From positions 3,790 to 35,789 of the forward strand of contig CAJUSE010000004.1 of NCBI GenBank assembly GCA_910588975.1: a stretch of 32,000 nucleotides of DNA. The letters run 5' to 3'. Below are positions 1 through 7,731 of the stretch, in pieces. The translations under genes and the position numbers were made by a program. This DNA comes from an uncultured Oscillospiraceae bacterium (GTDB lineage Bacteria; Bacillota; Clostridia; Oscillospirales; Oscillospiraceae). The notes under the pieces were generated by a model. That model was given only the letters and a program-made list of their open reading frames with translations, did no database searches and had not been told where the DNA came from. Each line of letters opens with the position of its first letter. Position 1 is the stretch's first letter.

Positions 1-447
1 CTGGTCCGCCGGGTGGTGGAGGTGGCCCGGCCCACCCGGCCCCCTCATGTGGCGGTGGAGCTGGAGCTGGGCTGTCCCCAGGCCCGGGTGACAGGCAACG
101 ACACCCAGCTGTCCCAGCTGTTGCTCAACCTTGTCATCAACGCCTTCCAGGCCATGGAGGACACCGGCGGCCAGCTGACCCTGTCCACCACGGCGGAGGA
201 GGGGCAGGTGTGCATCCGGGTCTCGGACACCGGCCCCGGCATTCCCCAGCCGGTGCTGGAGCACATCTTCGAGCCCTTCTACACCACCAAGGAGGGCGGC
301 AAGGGCACCGGCCTGGGCCTGGCCATTGCCCGCCAGGTGGCCGAGGAGCACCGGGGCACCATCGAGGTGGAGACCCGGGTGGGGGAGGGCACCACCTTCC
401 TCCTTCGCATCCCCGCTGTCCCCCCCGACCCCTCCGGGGAACTGTAA
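1..447 (+). CDS. Sensor histidine kinase, C-terminal HATPase_c fragment (5' end lies outside the window)
   Basis: The frame is open from the window edge. The translation shows an N-box ([13 protein letters not shown]), a G1 box (DTGPGI) and a G2 box (GTGLGLAI). Stop TAA at 445-447. Confidence 0.85.
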   Translation: MVRRVVEVARPTRPPHVAVELELGCPQARVTGNDTQLSQLLLNLVINAFQAMEDTGGQLTLSTTAEEGQVCIRVSDTGPGIPQPVLEHIFEPFYTTKEGGKGTGLGLAIARQVAEEHRGTIEVETRVGEGTTFLLRIPAVPPDPSGEL

Positions 448-470
448 GGGCGGCCTGTGGCCGCCCGCTC
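448..470. repeat. REP-like GC-rich palindromic element, copy 1
   Basis: The 23-nt string gggcggcctgtggccgcccgctc is identical to 3270-3292. It folds as an 8-bp stem gggcggcc/ggccgccc with a tgt loop, directly after the kinase stop codon. Confidence 0.6.
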
Positions 471-575
471 TCATGGTTCCTATCCATACGCTGCCTCTTG
501 CGTGGTCGGTTTCCCAACAATTCCGCTTCTATCCTCCACCTCCACCACATACCCCTTGTGGTGGAGGTGTTGTCC

Positions 576-1889
576 ATGCTGCAAGCTCTGTCTGACGCCC
601 TGTGGCGGCCCTGGCTGCTGTGCCTGTTCCTGTTCACCGGCCTGTGGTGCTCGCTCTCCAGCGGCTTTTTCCAGCTCTTTGGCCTGCGCTCCTGGCTCCG
701 GGAGAGCCTGGGCGCCCTCCGCTCCGGGAAAACAGGGAAGGGGGAGGGGGGCCTGCCTCCTTTTCAGGCCCTCTGTACCGCCCTGGCCTCCACCATGGGC
801 ACCGGCTCCATCGCCGGGGTGGCCACCGCCATCACCTTGGGGGGAGCGGGGGCCGTGCTGTGGATGTGGGTGGGGGCCCTGCTGGGCATGATGACGGGCT
901 ATGTGGAAAAATATATGGCCCTTCGCTGCCGCCGCCCCGGCCCCACAGGCTGGGAGGGTGGCCCCATGGAATACCTGACCCACTTGGGCTGGCACGGGGT
1001 GAGCCGATGGTTTGCCCTGTGGTGCGCCCTGTCCTCCCTCACCGGCGGGGCCCTGGTCCAGACCAATTCCATGGTCTCCTGTCTGCCCGGCCTTTCTTCC
1101 TCTGACCGCTGGTGGGCGGGGGTCCTAATCGCTCTGACGGTGGCCCTGGTCATGGCCGGGGGGCTGAAGGGCCTGGGCCGATTGAGCCAGGCCCTGGTCC
1201 CCGCCATGGCCGCCCTCTATCTCACTACCGGGGTGGCCGTCATCTGCCACAATGCCGCCGCCCTCCCGGCGGCTCTCGGTGCCATTTTCCGGGGAGCCCT
1301 GTCCCCCCAGGCCATGGCCGGAGGAGCTGCCGGCACCGCCCTGCGCTACGGAGTGGCCCGGGGGGTGTTTACCAACGAGGCGGGCATGGGCACCTCGGCC
1401 ATGGTCCACGCAGCCGCCGGTGGGACGACCCCTCACCGGGAGGGCTGCCGGGGCATCTTTGAGTGCGGCTTTGCCACCCTGGTGGTCTGCTCGGTCACCG
1501 CCCTTGCCATCCTCACCGCCGCCCCTTCGTCTGCTGCCGCCGGGGCCGGACTGGTGGGGCTGGCCTTTTCCTCCTTTCTTGGCCCTTGGGGCGGGCCGGT
1601 GGTGGGATTGTGTCTGGCCCTGTTTGCCTTTACCTCCTTGCTGGGCTGGGAATATTACGGGCAGCGCTCGCTGGCCCACCTGACAGGGCGGGCGCATCCC
1701 AAGGCTTTCCGGCTGTGCTATCTCTGCGCCATTCTGGCCGGTGCGGTGGGGGATGTGGAGGGGGTCTGGGCCCTCAACGACCTGTGTACCGGGCTCATGG
1801 CCCTGCCCAACCTGCTGGCCATCCTGTATTTGAGCCGGGAGGCCCTGCCCGTCCGTCTTGACCGCCCCCAACGCTCCGTGATACAATAG
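576..1889 (+). CDS. agcS: Sodium:alanine (amino acid) symporter, AgcS family
   Basis: The ORF 210-1889 is trimmed to the ATG at 576, which is preceded by GGAGG (ggtggaggtgttgtccATG). The polytopic product has AgcS-like N-terminal features (QALCTALASTMGTGSIAGVATAI, FTNEAGMGTSAM). The upstream part of the ORF overlaps the kinase gene. Confidence 0.8.
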   Translation: MLQALSDALWRPWLLCLFLFTGLWCSLSSGFFQLFGLRSWLRESLGALRSGKTGKGEGGLPPFQALCTALASTMGTGSIAGVATAITLGGAGAVLWMWVGALLGMMTGYVEKYMALRCRRPGPTGWEGGPMEYLTHLGWHGVSRWFALWCALSSLTGGALVQTNSMVSCLPGLSSSDRWWAGVLIALTVALVMAGGLKGLGRLSQALVPAMAALYLTTGVAVICHNAAALPAALGAIFRGALSPQAMAGGAAGTALRYGVARGVFTNEAGMGTSAMVHAAAGGTTPHREGCRGIFECGFATLVVCSVTALAILTAAPSSAAAGAGLVGLAFSSFLGPWGGPVVGLCLALFAFTSLLGWEYYGQRSLAHLTGRAHPKAFRLCYLCAILAGAVGDVEGVWALNDLCTGLMALPNLLAILYLSREALPVRLDRPQRSVIQ

Positions 1890-1929
1890 CAGGACAAGGG
1901 CCAAAAGTTGTACGTTTGGATACACCTAT

Positions 1930-1961
1930 CAGACTGTCAAAAAAATCTTTTTGACAGTCTG
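1930..1961 (+). terminator. Perfect 14-bp inverted repeat hairpin downstream of agcS, a candidate terminator or operator
   Basis: cagactgtcaaaaa-aatc-tttttgacagtctg. It is followed by two further hairpins at about 1969-1995 and 2011-2041. Confidence 0.45.
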
Positions 1962-2136
1962 CGTCGCATTTTGGACCCACGAAACGGGTCCAAAAGCTCC
2001 ATTGAAATGGGTGAAAGAGGACCCTGATGGTCCCCTTTCACACTTTTCCCCCTTCCGAGAACTCCCATGACTTCGTTTTGCGTACACCTTTTTCAAATCT
2101 TTTATAAAAAATTTTACCTAAGAAGGGGGGACCTCC

Positions 2137-3141
2137 GTGGACCCGACCGCCCAGGACATTCTCCGCCGCCGGATGCACAATCTCTACCTCACCCGCTCCT
2201 GCCCCAGCCTGAAGGAGCTCTCCCGGCAGCTCATGGGCCTGCACTGCTGGTTCCACCGCAACGTGGCCTTCTCCGCACTCATCCGGGGGGCCGCCCTCAC
2301 CGGCTGGAAAACCGCCCTCACCAAGACCTGGCTCTACCGGGGCACCCTCCACGGGGTGGCCTATGACGACCTGCCCAATTTGCTGGCTCTCCACGCCGGG
2401 GACGGGGAGGACAACTGGCGCAAGTGGATCGGCCTGTCCGAGGAGGCATATCAGGCCCTCATTCGGGAGGTCATCTCCCTTATGGAGGACGGGGTCTACT
2501 CCCGTGCAGAAATGCGTACCATCTTTGCCGAGCGCTATGACAGCGAGCTTCTAAGCCGCATTTTCTCCCCCTGGGGCGGCATCTTTGTCTCCCTGGCCCG
2601 GCAGGGACGGGTGGCCTTCCGCAGTATGACCAGCCGGGACTTCGACCTTATCTCCGCCGAGCCAACCCAGACCAGGGCCGAAGCCCTGCCCGACCTGCTC
2701 CGCCGTTTCTTTGCCGCCTACGGCCCGGCCACTCTGGCCGACGCCCAGTGGTTCTTCGGCCTGGAGAAGGCCGACCTGATGGGACTGGACCTGGACGAGT
2801 TCAAGGTACTGGACCACAACGGCGAGCCCCATTACTATCTGGACAGCGGGGAGGATCCGGCCGACATTCCCCATCTGACCCTCCTCTCCGGCTTTGACCC
2901 CTATGTGGTCTCCTATGTGGACCGGCAGGCCGTCCTGCCCCGGGAGCACAGGGCCAAGGTCATTCTGAAGTCGGGCATCTGCCTGCCCACCGTGGCAATA
3001 GACGGCCAGGTGGCCGGCGTGTGGAACATCAAGAAAAACGAGCCGGTGGTGGAGTTTTTCACCCGCCAGCCCAAGTCCATCATAAACCAGACCTACGACC
3101 TGGTGGACACCCTCCGCTGGCAGACCTCCGGCCAGCTCTGA
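2137..3141 (+). CDS. Winged-helix DNA-binding protein, YcaQ/AlkZ-like (crosslink-repair DNA glycosylase family, DUF1006)
   Basis: GTG start at 2137 with the RBS agaagggggg. The 334-aa product resembles the YcaQ family in length and motifs (FSPWGGIF, LLSGFDPYV, VAIDGQVAGVW). Confidence 0.65.
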   Translation: MDPTAQDILRRRMHNLYLTRSCPSLKELSRQLMGLHCWFHRNVAFSALIRGAALTGWKTALTKTWLYRGTLHGVAYDDLPNLLALHAGDGEDNWRKWIGLSEEAYQALIREVISLMEDGVYSRAEMRTIFAERYDSELLSRIFSPWGGIFVSLARQGRVAFRSMTSRDFDLISAEPTQTRAEALPDLLRRFFAAYGPATLADAQWFFGLEKADLMGLDLDEFKVLDHNGEPHYYLDSGEDPADIPHLTLLSGFDPYVVSYVDRQAVLPREHRAKVILKSGICLPTVAIDGQVAGVWNIKKNEPVVEFFTRQPKSIINQTYDLVDTLRWQTSGQL

Positions 3142-3165
3142 CCGGGCCCTTCTGCGGTTTCCCCA

Positions 3166-3292
3166 CCCTTCGTAGGGGCGGACTCGGCCGGCGATGGGGG
3201 CCCGCCACCGGCGGGCATCGCTCCTGGGCAGTCCAACTTCCCTGCAAATCCGCAATGCTCCCTTCGTAGGGGCGGCCTGTGGCCGCCCGCTC
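3166..3292. repeat. Intergenic GC-rich repeat cluster (two cccttcgtaggggcgg units plus REP-like palindrome copy 2)
   Basis: The 16-mer cccttcgtaggggcgg occurs at 3166-3181 and 3260-3275. A hairpin gcccgcc-acc-ggcgggc lies at about 3200-3216. The 23-mer at 3270-3292 is identical to 448-470. Confidence 0.6.
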
Positions 3293-3332
3293 CTTACAGC
3301 GCCTGCCTGACCTCTCGATCTGCTGCCCCCGA

Positions 3333-3369
3333 TAAAAAGCGGACCTTCCAAATCGGAAGGTCCGCTTTT
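3333..3369. terminator. Bidirectional rho-independent terminator between the convergent ycaQ-like and GNAT genes
   Basis: aaaaa-gcggaccttcc-aaatc-ggaaggtccgc-ttttt: an 11-bp perfect stem flanked by an A-run and a T-run. Confidence 0.8.
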
Positions 3370-3372
3370 TCT

Positions 3373-3921
3373 TTAATCCAATGCCCCGGCCATGACCCGG
3401 CTTTGTAGATACTGGTTGAACCGGTCGTATTCCCCCTGGCCGATGGGCCGGGAGGAGGAGAGAATGACCAGAGTGTGTCCCTCATTCCCCCGGTGGTAGG
3501 GTGGGTGGACATGGGGGTAGGGGTTGGGGTGGAAGCCCTGCCGGAGATAAAACCCCTCCCGCCGCCGGGCCACCTCGTCCACTGGCGGGTCGATCTCCAG
3601 AATGACCACCTTGCCCAGCTCGCCCAGAGCCGTCAAAGCCCTGGCCCCATAGCCTTTCCCCCGGCAGTCAGGGTAGATGAAGAAGTGTTCCACATAGATG
3701 AATTCCCCGCTCTGCCAGCACAGCAGGGCCCCCACATCCTCCCTGCCCTCCCGGAGCAGGTAGAAGTGATAGGCGTCCTCTGCCATGATGGCGGCCTGGG
3801 AGCCGGCCTGCCGCTGCTCGTGGGGCGGAAAGCTGGCGGCGTAGTGGCTCATGGCGGTTTTGAAGCGGGGGTCGGCGGGGTCCCGCAGACGGTCAAGCTC
3901 CAATTCTCTCTCTCCTCTCAT
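3373..3921 (-). CDS. GNAT family N-acetyltransferase
   Basis: The acetyl-CoA-binding core is visible (IYPDCRGKGYGARAL). I chose the start at Met89 of the 270-aa ORF (MRGERELELDRL). The ORF stays open upstream to 4185, so the start is uncertain (alternative ATG at 4047). Confidence 0.7.
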   Translation of the reverse strand: MRGERELELDRLRDPADPRFKTAMSHYAASFPPHEQRQAGSQAAIMAEDAYHFYLLREGREDVGALLCWQSGEFIYVEHFFIYPDCRGKGYGARALTALGELGKVVILEIDPPVDEVARRREGFYLRQGFHPNPYPHVHPPYHRGNEGHTLVILSSSRPIGQGEYDRFNQYLQSRVMAGALD

Positions 3922-4093
3922 CAGTGTAAGCAGCTCCCCGGGCCTGTCCACCAGGCGCCCGGCCCCGTGGGAGAGCAAAAAGTCCCGGCCCCGAAACCCG
4001 CAGGTCACGGAAATGCAGGCCGTCCAGGTCAAACACAACGGCGTCATAGCGGGCCATGGACCTTCCTCCTCTCGGAAGTCTCTGCCTATTATG

Positions 4094-5026
4094 TCACAAA
4101 AGAAAGCATTTGACAAGGCCAAAGGCCAGAGCCCCACAGCAGGGGAAGGTGAGCAACCAGGCAAGGCCCAGGGAGGAGGCCACACCCATGTGGGGCCGGG
4201 CGCCGGAGCCCAGCAGGGCGGCGGTCTTGGCGTGGGTGGTGGAGACGGGAAAGCCCCAGAGGGTGCACAGCAGCAGGGCGGCGGCCCCGCCCAGCTCGGC
4301 GGCGAAGCCCGAGCGGGGGTCCAGGCTGACCATCTTTTTCCCCACCGTGTCGATGATGCGCCGCCCGCCTAAAAATGTGCCCAGGGCCATGAGGCCGGCA
4401 CAGCCCCACCGGGCCTGGGTGGGCAGAGAATAGCCGCTGCCCTCCAAGGTCAGCAGCAGGGCCAGCACCCCCAGAAATTTCTGCCCGTCCTGGGCCCCAT
4501 GGAGGGCAGCGGAGAGGGCGGCCCCGGCCACCTGGCCCGAGGGGTAGAACCTCTGGGGTCCGGCGGGTAGCAGCCGGGCAAAAAGCCGCCCGCCCCCCCA
4601 GCCCAGGGCCAGGGAGACCACAAGCCCCAAAGCCACCCAGCCCACGGCTCCCCAGTGCAGCCGCTCCGCCCCCAGGGCCAGGGCGGCTCCCGCCAGGCCG
4701 GAGAGGAGGGCGTGGCTCTCGCTGGTGGGGATACCAAAAGCCCAGGCCAGCACCGCCCAGAGCACGGTGGCCGCCAAAGCGGCGGTGAGGGCGGGCAGGG
4801 CGTAAACCCCGAAGTCGGCCAGGTCATAGAGGGTCCGGGCTACGGCGTCACTGAAGCCCACCGAGCACACTACCCCCAGCAGGTTGCACACCGCCGCCAA
4901 GGCGGCGGCCCGGCGGAAGGGGAGCACCCCGGCAGCCACCGGGGCGGCGATGGCGTTGGGGGCATCGGTCCACCCGTTGACCAGAATGACCGCCCCCAGC
5001 AAGAGCAGAACAGGCAGAAACGGCAT
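4094..5026 (-). CDS. Inorganic phosphate transporter, PiT (PHO4) family
   Basis: ATG at 5026 is preceded by GGAGG. The product starts MPFLPVLLLLGAVILVNGWTDAPNAIA, which contains the PiT signature GxxDxxNAIA, and has a second repeat (FPVSTTHAKTAALLG). Confidence 0.85.
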   Translation of the reverse strand: MPFLPVLLLLGAVILVNGWTDAPNAIAAPVAAGVLPFRRAAALAAVCNLLGVVCSVGFSDAVARTLYDLADFGVYALPALTAALAATVLWAVLAWAFGIPTSESHALLSGLAGAALALGAERLHWGAVGWVALGLVVSLALGWGGGRLFARLLPAGPQRFYPSGQVAGAALSAALHGAQDGQKFLGVLALLLTLEGSGYSLPTQARWGCAGLMALGTFLGGRRIIDTVGKKMVSLDPRSGFAAELGGAAALLLCTLWGFPVSTTHAKTAALLGSGARPHMGVASSLGLAWLLTFPCCGALAFGLVKCFLL

Positions 5027-5151
5027 AAGAGCACCTCCACGCACACATGTACTTTGGCCGTGAAACTTGTGGAGCCTGGAGGTGTTTTGCGTCCTCGGCT
5101 GCCGCCGCAAAGGCGACGGCAGTTTGGACAAGTTTTTATGCCTGGTGGGCA

Positions 5152-5188
5152 TAAAAAATACCTCCCGCTGTAAGTGTACGGCGGGAGG
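5152..5188 (-). terminator. Rho-independent terminator after the lrp-family gene
   Basis: On the minus strand: cctcccgccgta-cact-tacagcgggagg followed by tatttttta. The stem is 12 bp with one G-U pair. Confidence 0.7.
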
Positions 5189-5255
5189 GAAAGGGGTAGA
5201 AGTGAAATGTGAGAAAGCCGAACCTGAGAGGGCGGCCCCTTGCCCTTTTGGGCGG

Positions 5256-5714
5256 TTACAGCCGCAGGCCCTTGATGTCCTTCACCCGGGAGAGGATGAT
5301 GTTGCACTCGCACTTCTCCACCCCGGGGAGGGGGTCGATGACCTCCCGGATCAGCTGCTCCATCTCCTCACTGGAGGCGGCCACGGCGTGGACATGGAGC
5401 TTATTTTTGCCCGTCACCCGGTAAATTTGGGTGATGATGGGGTTGGCCTCCAGCAGTTTGGTGACCTGGGTCAGGGCCTCGGGGGTGGTCTCGATGTCAA
5501 AATAGCAGGACACCGCCCCGCTGATCTTCTGGGGGTTGATAATGGTGGTGTACTCCTCGATGATGCCCCGGTTTTCCAACGCCTGTATCCGGGCCTTTAC
5601 CGCCACCCGGGAGATGCCGATCTGCTGGCCGATATCCGAATAGGAGCTGCGGGCATTTTCTATGAGCAGCTGAACGATCTTTTGGTCCAGCTCATCCAAT
5701 CCGCTTAAAAACAT
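5256..5714 (-). CDS. Lrp/AsnC family transcriptional regulator
   Basis: The 152-aa product has an N-terminal HTH (LDELDQKIVQLLIENARSSYSDIGQQIGISRVAVKARIQALE) and a C-terminal RAM/AsnC_trans_reg-like domain. Confidence 0.9.
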   Translation of the reverse strand: MFLSGLDELDQKIVQLLIENARSSYSDIGQQIGISRVAVKARIQALENRGIIEEYTTIINPQKISGAVSCYFDIETTPEALTQVTKLLEANPIITQIYRVTGKNKLHVHAVAASSEEMEQLIREVIDPLPGVEKCECNIILSRVKDIKGLRL

Positions 5715-5743
5715 GAAAGCCTCTCCTTTCCATTTGCACTCTT

Positions 5744-5771
5744 ATTATATACAAAGTTGCGCAAAATGTAA
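5744..5771 (-). promoter_or_regulatory. Candidate sigma-70-type promoter for the lrp-family gene
   Basis: On the minus strand: TTACAT, a 16-nt spacer, then TATAAT, about 30 nt upstream of the ATG. Confidence 0.5.
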
Positions 5772-5779
5772 ATAGGAGA

Positions 5780-5808
5780 TTGACAAAAGGAATTCGGGGT
5801 GTTATGAT
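5780..5808 (+). promoter_or_regulatory. Candidate sigma-70-type promoter for the MATE gene
   Basis: TTGACA (5780-5785), a 17-nt spacer, then TATGAT (5803-5808). It is divergent from the lrp promoter. Confidence 0.55.
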
Positions 5809-5860
5809 ACCTTCAAATCGAAAGTTTTATCTTCCGTTAAGAAAGTAAGGAGATGTTACT

Positions 5861-7204
5861 ATGAACCAGGATTTGACCCGGGGGCCGGTGATGGGCTCCA
5901 TGCTGCGCTTTGCCCTGCCCATGGTTCTGGGCAACCTGCTCCAGCAGTGCTACAACATCGCCGATACCCTCATCGTGGGCAAGTATCTGGGCAGCAATGC
6001 CCTGGCGGCGGTGGGTTCCTCCTTCACCCTGATGACCTTCCTCACCTCCATCCTGTTGGGGCTCTGCATGGGCAGCGGGGCGGTGTTCTCCATCCGCTTT
6101 GGACAGAGGGATGAGGAAAGACTGAACGAGAGTATCTGCGCCTCCTTTGTCCTCATCGGTGTGCTGACAGTGGTGCTGAACCTGCTGACCTTCCTGGCTC
6201 TGGACGGGATACGGACCTTCCTCCGGGTGCCCGAGGAGGTGTGGCCCATGATGCGGGAGTATCTGAAGGTCATCTTCTGCGGCATTGCCGCCACCTTCCT
6301 CTACAACTACTTTGCCGCCTTTCTCCGCTCGGTGGGCAACTCCTTTGTGCCCCTGGTATTTCTGGGGGTGTCTGCCCTGCTGAACATCGCCCTGGACCTC
6401 TTTTTTGTCATCACCCTCCAAAGGGGGCCTGCCGGGGCGGCGGAGGCCACGGTCATTGCCCAGTATGTCTCGGGGGTGGGCATTACTCTGTACGCTCTGC
6501 TGAAAGTGCCCCAGCTGAAGGGCATTTGGCGGCGGTTCACCCTGAAATGGAGCTCTATCAAGGAGATTGCCAGCTTTTCCATTCTCACCTGTGTGCAGCA
6601 GTCGGTGATGAACCTGGGTATCCTCATGGTCCAGGGGTTGGTGAACAGCTTTGGAGCCACCATCATGGCCGCCTTTGCCGCCGGGGTGAAGATCGACGCC
6701 TTTGCCTACATGCCCGTCCAGGACTTCGGCAACGCTTTCTCCACCTTCATTGCCCAGAACTACGGCGCCCGGGAGAAGGAGCGGATCCAGGAGGGGCTGA
6801 AGGGGGCAGTTATCGCCTCAGGACTGTTCAGCATTTTTGTGTCTATTCTTGTTTTTGCCTTCGCCCGGCCCCTTATGTCCATCTTTGTCCAGGCGGGGGA
6901 GGAGGCAGTCATCGCCGCCGGAGTGAGATATCTCCGCATTGAGGGGGCCTTTTACTGCGGCATTGGCTGTCTGTTTCTCCTCTACGGGCTCTACCGGGCC
7001 CTGGGCCGGCCGGGAATGTCGGTGGTGCTCACCGTCATCTCTCTGGGCTCCCGGGTGGCTCTGGCCCACATCCTCTCGGCCATCCCCGCCATCGGCGTGG
7101 TGGGCATTTGGTGGTCGGTGCCCATCGGCTGGTTTTTGGCCGATGCCGTGGGCGTTGGGTACTACCTGTGGAAAAAGGACAGCCTGTTTGACTGGAAGGT
7201 GTGA
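5861..7204 (+). CDS. MATE family efflux transporter
   Basis: The 447-aa polytopic protein has a typical MATE N-terminus (LRFALPMVLGNLLQQCYNIADTLIVGKYLGSNALAAVG). RBS: aaggag. Confidence 0.9.
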   Translation: MNQDLTRGPVMGSMLRFALPMVLGNLLQQCYNIADTLIVGKYLGSNALAAVGSSFTLMTFLTSILLGLCMGSGAVFSIRFGQRDEERLNESICASFVLIGVLTVVLNLLTFLALDGIRTFLRVPEEVWPMMREYLKVIFCGIAATFLYNYFAAFLRSVGNSFVPLVFLGVSALLNIALDLFFVITLQRGPAGAAEATVIAQYVSGVGITLYALLKVPQLKGIWRRFTLKWSSIKEIASFSILTCVQQSVMNLGILMVQGLVNSFGATIMAAFAAGVKIDAFAYMPVQDFGNAFSTFIAQNYGAREKERIQEGLKGAVIASGLFSIFVSILVFAFARPLMSIFVQAGEEAVIAAGVRYLRIEGAFYCGIGCLFLLYGLYRALGRPGMSVVLTVISLGSRVALAHILSAIPAIGVVGIWWSVPIGWFLADAVGVGYYLWKKDSLFDWKV

Positions 7205-7213
7205 AAACAGAGA

Positions 7214-7253
7214 AAGAACCGGCCGGGAACTATGTTCCCGGCCGGTTCTTTGT
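7214..7253 (+). terminator. Strong hairpin terminator after the MATE gene
   Basis: A 16-bp perfect stem aagaaccggccgggaa/ttcccggccggttctt with a 5-nt loop. The downstream T tract is short (ttctttgtgt). Confidence 0.65.
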
Positions 7254-7325
7254 GTAAGCAGAGGGGGAAAAGAGGGGGCAGGACAGAAGAACCGTCCCCT
7301 TGTCCTGTTATTCTCTGTTTTCTCG

Positions 7326-7694
7326 CTAATAACTACGAAATATACGGATTATAGAGCAGAAAATAAAAACAAGAACTTCAATCAAGCAACACCGCAGAAA
7401 CATTTTAGTTATATCATATAAAATATCTGCTTTTCCGTTTTCCCCTGTTTTCTCCATTGCTCGCAATTCAAAAAATGTAGGCTCCTTCTTTTCCTGCTTG
7501 TAATGAAGTAACCAAAACTTGTATGCAAGTAACCCTGAGAAAAACAAGACCATGATCAAGGCGCATATGCACAGGGAGCAATTCTCAAAGAAATGCTGAT
7601 TGGGGCACATGATCGCAACTGCTACATAGGGTGTATTCACGATTGCGAGAACCATTACAACGAGCCGATAAAGTATATGTTTGCATTTGCTCAT
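7326..7694 (-). CDS. Hypothetical small Cys-rich membrane protein encoded in an AT-rich island
   Basis: ATG at 7694 with the RBS aaggggga. The 122-aa product has about 3 hydrophobic segments. The gene is visibly far more AT-rich than its flanks. I recognise no family. Confidence 0.5.
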   Translation of the reverse strand: MSKCKHILYRLVVMVLAIVNTPYVAVAIMCPNQHFFENCSLCICALIMVLFFSGLLAYKFWLLHYKQEKKEPTFFELRAMEKTGENGKADILYDITKMFLRCCLIEVLVFIFCSIIRIFRSY

Positions 7695-7731
7695 TATAAT
7701 CCCCCTTACCATGCCTGTGGTCTATACCAGG

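Noticed and set aside
210-575. The N-terminal 122 codons of track ORF 210-1889.
   Set aside because: This segment overlaps the histidine-kinase gene in another frame and reads as Pro/Gly/Arg-rich low-complexity sequence. The AgcS-like sequence begins at the ATG at 576, which has a GGAGG.
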